Assembly: GCA_045544155.1 (NCBI GenBank)
Contig: JAZPYN010000009.1
Coordinates: 5,940-69,939 of the forward strand
DNA from: Acutalibacteraceae bacterium
GTDB taxonomy: Bacteria; Bacillota; Clostridia; Oscillospirales; Acutalibacteraceae
Direction of reading: 5' to 3'
Length of the DNA: 64,000 nucleotides
The translations under genes and the position numbers were made by a program. The notes under the pieces were generated by a model. That model was not told the origin of the DNA. It was given only the letters and a program-made list of their open reading frames with translations, and made no database searches. Below, piece after piece: positions 55,252 through 64,000 of the stretch (position 1 is the first letter of the stretch; each line of letters begins with the position of its first letter).

Positions 55252-56346
55252 ATGAAAAAAGTAATGCTTGTTTTCGGTACAAGACCGGAAGCGATAAAAA
55301 TGTGTCCTCTTGTAAATGAACTCAAAAAACGCAGTGAGCTTCAGACGATTGTCTGTGTAACCGGTCAGCACCGCCAGATGCTTGACAGTGTGCTCAATGC
55401 TTTTAATGTAGTGCCTGATTACGACCTTTCGATAATGAAAGAGAGGCAGACTCTTTTTGATGTCACTACCAATATTCTCGAGCGTATCAAGTCTGTGCTT
55501 GAGAGCGAGAAGCCCGATGTCGTGCTTGTGCACGGTGATACATCCACAACTTTTGTTACGGCACTTGCCTGCTACTATCTGCAGATCCCCGTCGGTCATG
55601 TTGAAGCAGGTCTGCGTACTTATAATATTTATTCTCCTTATCCCGAGGAGTTTAACCGCCAGGCGGTAAGCATTATTTCAAAGTATAATTTTGCTCCTAC
55701 CGAGATGTCAAAGCAGAATCTTCTGAGAGAGGGCAGATGCGAAGACAATATATATGTTACCGGTAATACGGCTATAGATGCGCTTAAAACAACAGTGCGT
55801 GAAAGCTACACGCATCCTGAGCTTGAGTGGGCATCGGACAGAAGACTTATAATGCTCACTGCGCACCGCAGAGAAAATCTCGGTGAGCCTATGCGTAATA
55901 TGTTCCGTGCGATCAAGCGCATTGTTGATGAGCATAAAGATCTTAAGGTTATTTACCCGATTCACATGAATCCTGCTGTGCGTCAGGCTGCTGCAGAGAT
56001 TTTTGGTGAACATGACAGATTCCATATTATCGAGCCTCTCGATGTGCTTGATTTTCATAATTTCCTTGCACGAAGCTATCTTATCCTTACGGACAGCGGC
56101 GGAATACAGGAAGAGGCGCCCAGCCTTGGTAAACCCGTTCTTGTAATGCGTGACACAACAGAGCGCCCCGAAGGTATTGCTGCAGGTACGCTCAGGCTTG
56201 TCGGAACAAACGAGGAAACAATTTATAACGAGTTCAAACGTCTGCTTACCGATGAGCAGGCTTATGAATCGATGTCAAAGGCATCGAACCCGTACGGCGA
56301 CGGCAACGCCTGCAAACGAATTGCCGATATATTAATCAATTCCTGA
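55252..56346 (+). CDS. wecB: UDP-N-acetylglucosamine 2-epimerase (non-hydrolysing)
   Basis: 364-aa ORF with MKKVMLVFGTRPEAIKM, VHGDTSTT, HVEAGLRT and DSGGIQEEAP. Confidence 0.9.
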   Translation: MKKVMLVFGTRPEAIKMCPLVNELKKRSELQTIVCVTGQHRQMLDSVLNAFNVVPDYDLSIMKERQTLFDVTTNILERIKSVLESEKPDVVLVHGDTSTTFVTALACYYLQIPVGHVEAGLRTYNIYSPYPEEFNRQAVSIISKYNFAPTEMSKQNLLREGRCEDNIYVTGNTAIDALKTTVRESYTHPELEWASDRRLIMLTAHRRENLGEPMRNMFRAIKRIVDEHKDLKVIYPIHMNPAVRQAAAEIFGEHDRFHIIEPLDVLDFHNFLARSYLILTDSGGIQEEAPSLGKPVLVMRDTTERPEGIAAGTLRLVGTNEETIYNEFKRLLTDEQAYESMSKASNPYGDGNACKRIADILINS

Positions 56347-56363
56347 CAGAGAGGTGTACCCCG

Positions 56364-57152
56364 ATGACGGTGCAGACCCTTATACCCACAATGCATCAAA
56401 CGGATTTTTCAATTCTTGATAAAATGAATATTCAGACCGATGCAATTGTTGTTAATCAGTGCGATGCTTTTTCAAAAGATGTCTTTGAGCACAGAGGAAG
56501 ACAGGTTGAGTTTTATTCTCTTCCCGAAAGAGGAATAGGTCAGAGCAGAAACTTCTCACTTATAAGAGCGAGCGGAGACATTGTTCTGTTTGCTGATGAT
56601 GACGTGCGTTATTATGACGGATATGAGGAAATGATAATAAAGGCGTTCGAGGAGAATCCCGATGCCGATATGATAGCCTTCAATCTCGATTTCAAGGGTG
56701 GCACAAGGAAGAGGACAAAAATACAGAAAAATAAACGCATCCGATGGTTCAACTGCGGCAGATACGGTGCACCGAGAATGGCAGTCAAGCTTGAAAGTGC
56801 ACGAAGACATAACCTTTGCTTCAGTCTGCTGTTCGGTGGCGGAGCGAGATATTCTGCCGGCGAAGACGTTATATTTGCCAATCAGGCGGTAAAATCGGGT
56901 ATGCATTTTTATGCTGTGCCGATAACGGTTGCAGAAATTGACGATTCAACATCTACTTGGTTTGAGGGAAACAACGCCAAGCTTTTCTATGATAAAGGTG
57001 CACTTTTTGCGGCGATAAATCCGAAAACAGCAGTTTTGCGAAGCATACGTTTTGCAATCAGATATTCCAACCTTTGTAAAGAGGAGCTTACCGTAGCTGA
57101 TGCATTTAAATTGATGCTCAAAGGCAGCAGCGATTTTAAAAACAACCGATAA
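56364..57152 (+). CDS. GT2-family (GT-A fold) glycosyltransferase
   Basis: 262-aa ORF with DxD-type motif FADDDVRY and GT-A-like N-terminal strands. Confidence 0.65.
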   Translation: MTVQTLIPTMHQTDFSILDKMNIQTDAIVVNQCDAFSKDVFEHRGRQVEFYSLPERGIGQSRNFSLIRASGDIVLFADDDVRYYDGYEEMIIKAFEENPDADMIAFNLDFKGGTRKRTKIQKNKRIRWFNCGRYGAPRMAVKLESARRHNLCFSLLFGGGARYSAGEDVIFANQAVKSGMHFYAVPITVAEIDDSTSTWFEGNNAKLFYDKGALFAAINPKTAVLRSIRFAIRYSNLCKEELTVADAFKLMLKGSSDFKNNR

Positions 57153-57157
57153 CGGAG

Positions 57158-58360
57158 ATGAGTATAGTGGAAAATCCGAAAAAGAAGATTCTTTTAATAA
57201 ATAACCATTTCGGAGTCGGCGGAATTGAAACATCGCTTGTTAATATGGCTAATGCACTTTGTGATGATTATGATGTGGATTTGTTGATATATTATCCCGA
57301 AGGTGTTATTAAAGAAAGATTAAACCCTGATGTAAGAATACTTGAGACATCACTCTTTTTAAAAGCAATGGCTATGAATTTCAACGAGGCTCTTCGCTCG
57401 AAAAATCCTTTGATTATTCTGTTTAAGGTATTCGGTTCCGTGTGGACTAATGTTTTTGATAACAGATTCCCTATATGGATTGCTACTAAAGTGCAGCGTA
57501 AGCATAAAGGATATGATCTTGCCATAGCTTATAGACAAGAACCCAAAAACAAGCATTTTATGTCCGGGTTTGTCAGGGTGCTTAATCGTTGCGTAGATGC
57601 AAAAATTAAAGCGGCATGGATTCATATTGATGCAACTAAGTACCCTGATTATATTGAGTTCAATAAAAGATATTATAGAGATGTCGATAAAATAATCGGT
57701 GTTTCCAAATCTGTTGCTGAAGCTTATAAATCAGTTAATCCTGATTTTGCGGATAAAGTTGATTATTGTTATAACTTTATGAACTACGATACAATTATCG
57801 AAAAAAGTCTTGAGGAGCAGAGTGTAGAATATCCTAACGATAAATTCATTTGCTTTTCTGCCTGCCGACTTGAAGAGAAGCAAAAGCGTGTAGTAAGGGC
57901 TGTGAAAGCGATTGCTCCCGTGTTAAGAGAACATAATGATGTTATCTGGTATATCGCAGGCGACGGTCCGGATCGCACAAGTGTGGAAAACGCCATTGCT
58001 CAGGAAGGGATGCAGGATAGAATAATTCTTCTCGGTAATCTGAGCAATCCATATCCGTATATGAAAAACTCTGACCTTGTAATGCTTCTTTCGTATCATG
58101 AAGCAGCTCCTATGGTTTATATGGAAGCAAAGGCTCTTCATGTTCCGGTATTTAGTACGAAGGTTCTGTCAACGGACGAGATGCTGAAAGACGGAATTGA
58201 AGATTTTATCTGTGAGAATTCCGAAGAGGGAATAAGAGAAAAATTCAGACAGATAATCGAAAACAGGGCAATGGTTGCTAATGCCAAAGAAGCGTTGGAG
58301 ACTTATATTTCAGATAATCATCTTTCACTTGAAAAAATCAACGGAATTTTAAACGGATAA
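57158..58360 (+). CDS. GT4-family glycosyltransferase
   Basis: 400-aa ORF with N-terminal GVGGIETSL and C-terminal SYHEAAPMVYMEAKALHVPV (E-x7-E). Confidence 0.75.
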   Translation: MSIVENPKKKILLINNHFGVGGIETSLVNMANALCDDYDVDLLIYYPEGVIKERLNPDVRILETSLFLKAMAMNFNEALRSKNPLIILFKVFGSVWTNVFDNRFPIWIATKVQRKHKGYDLAIAYRQEPKNKHFMSGFVRVLNRCVDAKIKAAWIHIDATKYPDYIEFNKRYYRDVDKIIGVSKSVAEAYKSVNPDFADKVDYCYNFMNYDTIIEKSLEEQSVEYPNDKFICFSACRLEEKQKRVVRAVKAIAPVLREHNDVIWYIAGDGPDRTSVENAIAQEGMQDRIILLGNLSNPYPYMKNSDLVMLLSYHEAAPMVYMEAKALHVPVFSTKVLSTDEMLKDGIEDFICENSEEGIREKFRQIIENRAMVANAKEALETYISDNHLSLEKINGILNG

Positions 58361-58394
58361 ATTATTAATAAAGCAGACAGGAGGTGAGCTGATA

Positions 58395-59708
58395 TTGATT
58401 AAGATTACAAGTCCGAAAATCCGTTGGGGAATATCAGCTTTACTTGCCTTGCTTATACTTTTTGGCACATATCGCAGTGTGTTTTCTTTGGCGGCTTTCT
58501 TGATCTGCTGCCTGATGACCTTTTTTTGTGACCGTGAGTCAACATTGCTGCAATTCTTTTTTGTTATGCCGATGGCGAATATTTTCAGAATAACGCCAAC
58601 AACACAATCTTTCTTTACAATTCTGATTTTGCTTTATGTAGTGCTGAATTTTGTGTTGCCACGCAAAGCGACACTGTTTGTCGTGCTTTTTGCCGCTTAT
58701 GTTGTCGTAGGAGAACTGCTGGGCGGAGCTTTTAATTTATTCAGAACAATTAAACTTGTTTTCAATTTGCTGTTTCTTTCAAGTGTTCTGAACAGCGAAG
58801 TGAACATCAGACACAAAGAAATATTTTTAAGCTTTATTACGGGAAATATTCTGGCATCGGTTTTTAAATTGTTTGATTCTGATGTTTTTAAGATTTCTTC
58901 ATATATAGAATTGGAAACAATGGGAAATCCGAATTTAGATAATGTGGTTATTCGTTTTTCCGGCCTCTATAGCGACCCTAATTATTATGCTGTTGGCATG
59001 ATAATATCGTTGTGCCTTCTTATCGTTTTATTTTACAGAGAGGAAATAAAATCTTTTGGGGCAATTTTGTTTGCAGTGCCTGTTGTATATTTCCTGATTC
59101 AAACTTACAGCAAATCTGCGATTATAATGGTTGTTGTCGCAGTTGGCTTCCTTGTTTATTCTTTTCATAAAAAACGCAATTATTTTGCTGTGCTGCTTAT
59201 TGTTGCAGCAACTGTTATTGTTATTATACTTGCTTTTTCAGGGCGGATACCTGCTTTGCAGACGGTAGTTGATAGATTCCTGGCCAGTGACACTGCAGAA
59301 GGAATGGATGTAAGCGGTCTGACAACGGGTCGTGCAGATTTGTGGAGAATTTATCTTAAACATGTAATAACCAATATGGATGTAGGTCTGTTCGGTGAAG
59401 GAATAAGTTCTGCGCAGTTGATTTCTCAACCTCCGCATAACACGTATCTTGATGTTCTGTATTATCTTGGAGCTGTGGGCGGAAGTTTGCTTTTGCTGTC
59501 TCTTGGGGCGATTCTGGAGCAAAGCAGACTTGTTGCGCTCAGACGAAATTTCCTGAATTACAGTGTGCTGATCTGCATAACCGTTATGTATTTCTTCCTC
59601 AGCGAATTGTTTTACTTTGACCCGCCGTTTCAAATATTTTTAGCGTTTACGGTTTTGAATTTGCCGCTTGAATCACACACCAAAAACGAATTGAAGGAAG
59701 GTCAGTAA
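58395..59708 (+). CDS. wzy: O-antigen ligase / Wzy-like polysaccharide polymerase
   Basis: TTG start behind AGGAGGTGA. 437 aa with about 10-11 TM segments and one larger loop (Wzy_C-like region around SGLYSDPNYY...HNTYLDVLYYLG). Confidence 0.7.
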   Translation: MIKITSPKIRWGISALLALLILFGTYRSVFSLAAFLICCLMTFFCDRESTLLQFFFVMPMANIFRITPTTQSFFTILILLYVVLNFVLPRKATLFVVLFAAYVVVGELLGGAFNLFRTIKLVFNLLFLSSVLNSEVNIRHKEIFLSFITGNILASVFKLFDSDVFKISSYIELETMGNPNLDNVVIRFSGLYSDPNYYAVGMIISLCLLIVLFYREEIKSFGAILFAVPVVYFLIQTYSKSAIIMVVVAVGFLVYSFHKKRNYFAVLLIVAATVIVIILAFSGRIPALQTVVDRFLASDTAEGMDVSGLTTGRADLWRIYLKHVITNMDVGLFGEGISSAQLISQPPHNTYLDVLYYLGAVGGSLLLLSLGAILEQSRLVALRRNFLNYSVLICITVMYFFLSELFYFDPPFQIFLAFTVLNLPLESHTKNELKEGQ

Positions 59709-59712
59709 TATC

Positions 59713-60936
59713 GTGAAAAGATATTTTGAAATACTGTGCAGATGGATTCCGATATTAACCAAATATTTTTTAGGTTTTTTGTCGCTTAATCTGTTCCATC
59801 GTGACCTGCTGAAAAAAGATATATGGCTTATTACGGAAAAATACGGTGAGGCACGTGATAACGGATATCATTTCTTTAAATATGTCAGGACAAATCATCC
59901 TGATATAAATGCCTTTTTTGTCATAACTGACGATTCACCGGACAGAGAAAAAGTGGCTTGTTACGGTAATATAATATCGCAGGATTCAAAAGAGCATATG
60001 CTTTATTTTCTTGCGGCAAAGTACAGTATAAGTTCGCAGGTTGCCGGTGCACATTTGTATAATAAGATGATACCGGAAATTTTCAGGCTGTTATCTTTGC
60101 TTACCAGAAAAGATCAGAAATGTGTATTTCTGCAGCATGGCATTATGCAGAATGCTATGTCAGATAAAAGGTTTTTTTTCAAAGAAAAGATGAATGACCT
60201 GTTTGTAACCTCTACACGCAGAGAGCAGGAATTTGTTGCCAAAGAGTACGGATATCCGCCGGGATACGTTCAGGAATTAGGTCTCTGTAGGTTTGATAAC
60301 CTTCATCACATAAATGCAGGCGATGAAAAGCTGGTTCTTGTAATGCCGACATGGAGAAGCTGGCTGAAAACTCATACGGGTACAGATGAGGAAAAGCAGG
60401 CGTTCTATGAGAGTGAGTATTGCCGGACATATGTAAGTCTGCTCAAGAGTGAAAAGTTAAAAAACACATTGAAAAGAAGCGGGTATAAGCTTATCTTTTA
60501 TCCGCATTACGGTGCTCAACGCTATATTGAGGCTTTTACGCAGTGTAACAGTGAGTGTATAACAGTTGCGTCAAAAGATAATTATGATGTCCAGGATCTG
60601 CTCATAAGGAGCAAGGTTCTGATAACAGATTTCTCGAGTGTTTATTTTGATTTTGCCTATATGGGCAAACCGGTTATTTATTATCAGTTTGATGAAGAAA
60701 AGTTTTTTGCAGGGCATTATCAACGAGGTTATTTTTCCTATCGTGATGACGGATTCGGTAAAGTGATTGATAACGAAGATGAAGTTATCGATGAACTGAA
60801 TGCGATTCTGGAACGGGGATGTGTACCGGAGGATAAGTATGTCGTGCGCAGGAAAGATTTCTTTGATCTGATTGATGATAAAAACTGCGAAAGAAACTTC
60901 AATGCAATTCTGGCATTGGATAAAAAAGACAGATAA
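59713..60936 (+). CDS. CDP-glycerol glycerophosphotransferase (TagB/TagF family)
   Basis: GTG start. 407 aa with motifs VLVMPTWR, FYPHY and ITDFSSVYFDFAYMGKPVIYY, typical of the family. Confidence 0.75.
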   Translation: MKRYFEILCRWIPILTKYFLGFLSLNLFHRDLLKKDIWLITEKYGEARDNGYHFFKYVRTNHPDINAFFVITDDSPDREKVACYGNIISQDSKEHMLYFLAAKYSISSQVAGAHLYNKMIPEIFRLLSLLTRKDQKCVFLQHGIMQNAMSDKRFFFKEKMNDLFVTSTRREQEFVAKEYGYPPGYVQELGLCRFDNLHHINAGDEKLVLVMPTWRSWLKTHTGTDEEKQAFYESEYCRTYVSLLKSEKLKNTLKRSGYKLIFYPHYGAQRYIEAFTQCNSECITVASKDNYDVQDLLIRSKVLITDFSSVYFDFAYMGKPVIYYQFDEEKFFAGHYQRGYFSYRDDGFGKVIDNEDEVIDELNAILERGCVPEDKYVVRRKDFFDLIDDKNCERNFNAILALDKKDR

Positions 60937-60954
60937 GTTGAAAAGGGGATTCCC

Positions 60955-62454
60955 ATGTCTGACAGAGCAAAAAAAGCTAAACTTAATATTGTTTCTGTTT
61001 TGTTGATGGAGTTGGCAACAGTAGTCAGCGGCTTGATTTTGCCCCGCTTGATTCTGTCTGAGTTCGGTTCGGCAACAAATGGTCTGGTTACATCGGTAAA
61101 TCAGTTTATTGCTTGTGTAACGCTTCTGCGTGCCGGCGTAGGCGGTGTTACCAGAGCGGCGCTTTACAAGCCTCTTGATGATTGGAATGTGCAGTCAATA
61201 AGCGGTATTGTAAGTGCGACAAGCAAATTCATGAGGAAACTGACCTGGCAGTTTACAATAGCACTTTTTATTTTTGCTGCTGTATATCCGTTTTTTGTAA
61301 AAGAAGAGTTTAGTTGGTTTTATTCTTTTGCAATGGTTTTGATACTCGGAATGAGTACATTTTTTGATTGCGGTTTCGGTGTATCATATCAGTTTCTTTT
61401 GCAGGCTGATCAAAAGAGATATATCATTTCGTTCCTGAATATTTTCGGAGTTATTGTTAATGTAATCGTAGCAGTGATACTGATAAAGCTTGGTGCAAAT
61501 ATTCATATAGTAAAGCTTGGCAGTTCACTTGTTTATTCGGCAAAGCCTTTGATATTGTGGCTGTATGTGCGTAAGAAATACAAGCTCAACTGGAAGGCTG
61601 CACCGGATAACCTTGCAATCAAGCAACGTTGGGATGCTTTTGCTCACAATGTTGCAGCTTTTGTCACAAACAACACTTCGGTTATGGTTCTTACCGTATT
61701 CACAGATATCAAGCTCGTATCGGTTTTTTCTGTTTACAATATGGTTACGGCACCGCTGCGCACCATGATTGCTTCTATGGTAGCAGGTGTCGAGGCTGCC
61801 TTTGGAAATATGGTTGCGCGTGACGAGAAAGAAACGCTTAAAAAAAGCTTTGAAAATTTTGAGTTGGTAGTTTCTGCCGGATCGGCACTGATTTTTATGT
61901 GTGTCGGATTTCTTATTACTCCGTTTGTAAAGGTGTATACCGCCGGCGTAACAGACGCACAGTATTATCAGCCTGTATTCGGTGCGGTTATGGCTCTGGC
62001 TCAGTTTGTTTATTGTATCCGCTTGCCGTATCAGATGATGGTTGATGTTACCGGCCACTTTAAACAGACTAAAAGCGCTGCAATATGGGAATCGGTAATA
62101 AATGTTGCGCTGTCAGTATTACTGGTTAAATTTCTGGGCCTTCTCGGTATTGCAATTGCTTTTCTGGCGGCAACTCTTGTGCGTACTCTGCACTTTGTTA
62201 TCTATTCGAAAAAAAACTTTTTGCCGGATTGTCTGAAAGGCTTTATTAAACATATTGTCTGTTGCTCATTTGCGGTAGTATGTGCCTTTATTGCCATGAG
62301 CTTTATTCCGGATATCAGCGTTAATACATTCCTTGATTGGTTTAAGTACGCTGTAGTAACAGGACTGATATGTCTGTTTTCAGTTGTAGTTTTTTATTTC
62401 TTATTTTTTGGTAAAAAAGTGTTTTCAGCTGTTAGGATGCTGAAAAAGAAATAA
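60955..62454 (+). CDS. wzx: MOP-superfamily polysaccharide flippase (Wzx)
   Basis: 499-aa ORF with about 12-14 TM segments and overall resemblance to the polysaccharide biosynthesis (Wzx) family. Confidence 0.75.
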   Translation: MSDRAKKAKLNIVSVLLMELATVVSGLILPRLILSEFGSATNGLVTSVNQFIACVTLLRAGVGGVTRAALYKPLDDWNVQSISGIVSATSKFMRKLTWQFTIALFIFAAVYPFFVKEEFSWFYSFAMVLILGMSTFFDCGFGVSYQFLLQADQKRYIISFLNIFGVIVNVIVAVILIKLGANIHIVKLGSSLVYSAKPLILWLYVRKKYKLNWKAAPDNLAIKQRWDAFAHNVAAFVTNNTSVMVLTVFTDIKLVSVFSVYNMVTAPLRTMIASMVAGVEAAFGNMVARDEKETLKKSFENFELVVSAGSALIFMCVGFLITPFVKVYTAGVTDAQYYQPVFGAVMALAQFVYCIRLPYQMMVDVTGHFKQTKSAAIWESVINVALSVLLVKFLGLLGIAIAFLAATLVRTLHFVIYSKKNFLPDCLKGFIKHIVCCSFAVVCAFIAMSFIPDISVNTFLDWFKYAVVTGLICLFSVVVFYFLFFGKKVFSAVRMLKKK

Positions 62455-62473
62455 CAATTTTATGAGGTTGAGT

Positions 62474-63943
62474 ATGAGCGGTATGTATTACAGCAGTATC
62501 TTTTCTTTTTGTCTGTGTAAAGAAGGTGCAGTGAAAGGTGAGCTTCTGAAGAGGTTTGAGTCTTCACGCAGATTCGGAGATTATGTACTTTTTACAGATA
62601 ACAGAACACGCATAGATTATGCTGAGTCTGACGGAAGAGCGCTCGCAGTGTTCGGTTATGCTGTCGATGTTTTCAGCGGCAAGAGTGATGGACTTGCAAG
62701 AACTATTCTTGATTCGGCAAGTGATATTGACGGTGTTGTCAGACGTGAAGAAAAACTCGGCGGTAAGTATGTTATTTTCTACGCCGAAAACGGCAAGTGT
62801 TTCTGCCTTGGTGATGCAACTTGCAGTGTTCCTCTTTTTTACGGTAACGGTGTATGTACTTGTTATACCCGTATTATTGCACAGAATTTTGAACTTGAGA
62901 AAGACCCTTATCTCCAGCAGATAAGAGATAGCGGCAAACTGGCTCAACCCATGCCGTATGATACTACTCCTTACAAGGAGATAAAGCGTTTGTTGCCAAA
63001 TCATTATCTTGATATGGATAAGTGCAGATCTGTCCGATTCATAAATTCTTCAGCAAAACAAAAACGTATTACTGCAAAGCAGGCAGCTGATATAACATCG
63101 CCTATGGTTGAGAATATCACTAAAATGTTTAGGTCGGAGTTTAGGCTTTATTGTCCGCTGACCGGTGGTAAGGACAGCCGTGTTATATACGCTTTACTCA
63201 AAAAACTTGATGGCAGCAAAGTGGATTCGTATACCGTATGGCTCGATCACCTTGAAGGTGATCGGCAGGATTGGGATATACCGGTAGCGGTTGCAAAGCG
63301 CGGTAAAACTGAACATAAGCAGTTGAATCTGGAAGAAATTACACCTGATGAAATTTCGGCGATAGATGATTTGCTTGGTGAAGGCGGATATCCTCCTGAA
63401 GCATTTTCTCTTTCCGTTACCATAAATAAACATTATGGGGATGGAGCAATACTGGAGGGTGACATACTCGGTCAGTTGGCACAGTGTCACGTACATCGCA
63501 ATGTTCCTGCATGGCTGGCAAGCCCACGCTATTTCCGCTGCAAAGTTCATAATTACAGCGACGGTGCGCGTGCATTTATGAAAGAGTGGATGGATGAAGT
63601 AAAAGCTTCGGATGAAAAGATTAATATAATGGATCTGTTTTCTGTTGAAAATCGTCTTGGCGTATGGGCTGCCTACACGCATCTGGTGCGCAATTCAATA
63701 GGCCTTGTAAACCTGAATAATTTCAATTCGCGAAGTATTATATATGTTTGGACGGCTATCAGCACCAAAGAGCGTATGAGGGGCGATCTTAATGTTGAGC
63801 TTATAAAAAACGCCGATCCTGATGCATTGTTTGTGCCGTTTGGTCAGGACAGTAGGATGGTAAAACTTGCAAAATCAAGTGCACTTGCGTACTATCTTTC
63901 AACATTTTTGAAGTACTATATTCAAAAGAGAAAATTTAGGTGA
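62474..63943 (+). CDS. Asparagine-synthetase-like PP-loop ATPase lacking the N-terminal catalytic Cys
   Basis: I prefer the ATG at 62474, 6 nt after GAGG; the track opens at 62462. The N-terminus is MSGMYY rather than MCG. AsnB-like GDATCSVPLFY and TPYKEIKRLLPNHYL, plus the PP-loop CPLTGGKDSRV. Confidence 0.6.
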   Translation: MSGMYYSSIFSFCLCKEGAVKGELLKRFESSRRFGDYVLFTDNRTRIDYAESDGRALAVFGYAVDVFSGKSDGLARTILDSASDIDGVVRREEKLGGKYVIFYAENGKCFCLGDATCSVPLFYGNGVCTCYTRIIAQNFELEKDPYLQQIRDSGKLAQPMPYDTTPYKEIKRLLPNHYLDMDKCRSVRFINSSAKQKRITAKQAADITSPMVENITKMFRSEFRLYCPLTGGKDSRVIYALLKKLDGSKVDSYTVWLDHLEGDRQDWDIPVAVAKRGKTEHKQLNLEEITPDEISAIDDLLGEGGYPPEAFSLSVTINKHYGDGAILEGDILGQLAQCHVHRNVPAWLASPRYFRCKVHNYSDGARAFMKEWMDEVKASDEKINIMDLFSVENRLGVWAAYTHLVRNSIGLVNLNNFNSRSIIYVWTAISTKERMRGDLNVELIKNADPDALFVPFGQDSRMVKLAKSSALAYYLSTFLKYYIQKRKFR

Positions 63944-64000
63944 TTGTTTTGGTGGTGATGTTTTTTGAGTGCCAGTAATCTTGCCATAAACAGCCCAAAA

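Noticed and set aside
46726-63943. Reading the locus as a classical lasso-peptide gene cluster (PqqD-like B1, HprK-like kinase, PF14907 protein, ABC exporter and an AsnB-like cyclase candidate)
   Set aside because: No transglutaminase-like B2 protease is present. The AsnB-like gene lies 12 kb from the PqqD gene with ten EPS genes in between. An rSAM/SPASM enzyme is not part of lasso biosynthesis. The 88-aa ORF has no obvious lasso core (no Gly/Ala/Ser/Cys-1 ... Asp/Glu-7-9 arrangement after a Thr at position -2 that I can identify).

Overview
This 64-kb window looks like a Firmicute chromosome. Gene content and protein style suggest a gut Clostridia / Ruminococcus-like organism, but that is inference only. 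I found no rRNA, tRNA, CRISPR array, transposase or integrase. Positions 1 to about 38,700 mix housekeeping and accessory genes: a partial ABC exporter with a leader-peptide attenuator, a metallophosphoesterase, a four-gene Gfo/Idh/MocA plus TIM-barrel sugar cluster split by a roughly 160-bp imperfect inverted repeat, an RluA-family synthase, an M23 peptidase, lexA with SOS-box-like palindromes, guaB, a VanY-like peptidase, a GH13 alpha-glucosidase, an orphan AgrC/LytTR two-component pair flanked by BspA-type LRR surface proteins, desulfoferrodoxin, a ZIP transporter and nadE. Positions 38,800-64,000 are one same-strand Wzx/Wzy-type exopolysaccharide/capsule locus: LCP, a CpsB-type phosphatase, two fused Wzz/BY-kinases, an ABC exporter, two priming phosphoglycosyltransferases, GT4/GT2 enzymes, UDP-ManNAc(A) genes, Wzy, a TagF-like enzyme, Wzx and an AsnB-like enzyme. 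The most unusual feature is a translationally coupled six-gene RiPP-like cassette at 46.7-50.7 kb. It sits between the EPS regulatory module and the priming transferases and has its own promoter. It encodes a PqqD-like protein, a radical SAM/SPASM enzyme, an 88-aa candidate precursor peptide, an HprK-like P-loop kinase, a signal-peptidase-like protease with no TM segment, and a PF14907-like nucleotidyltransferase. It appears to be co-transcribed with the glycan-assembly genes. I cannot match this combination and context to a characterised system. All family calls come from motifs read by eye in the supplied translations; no database search was run.
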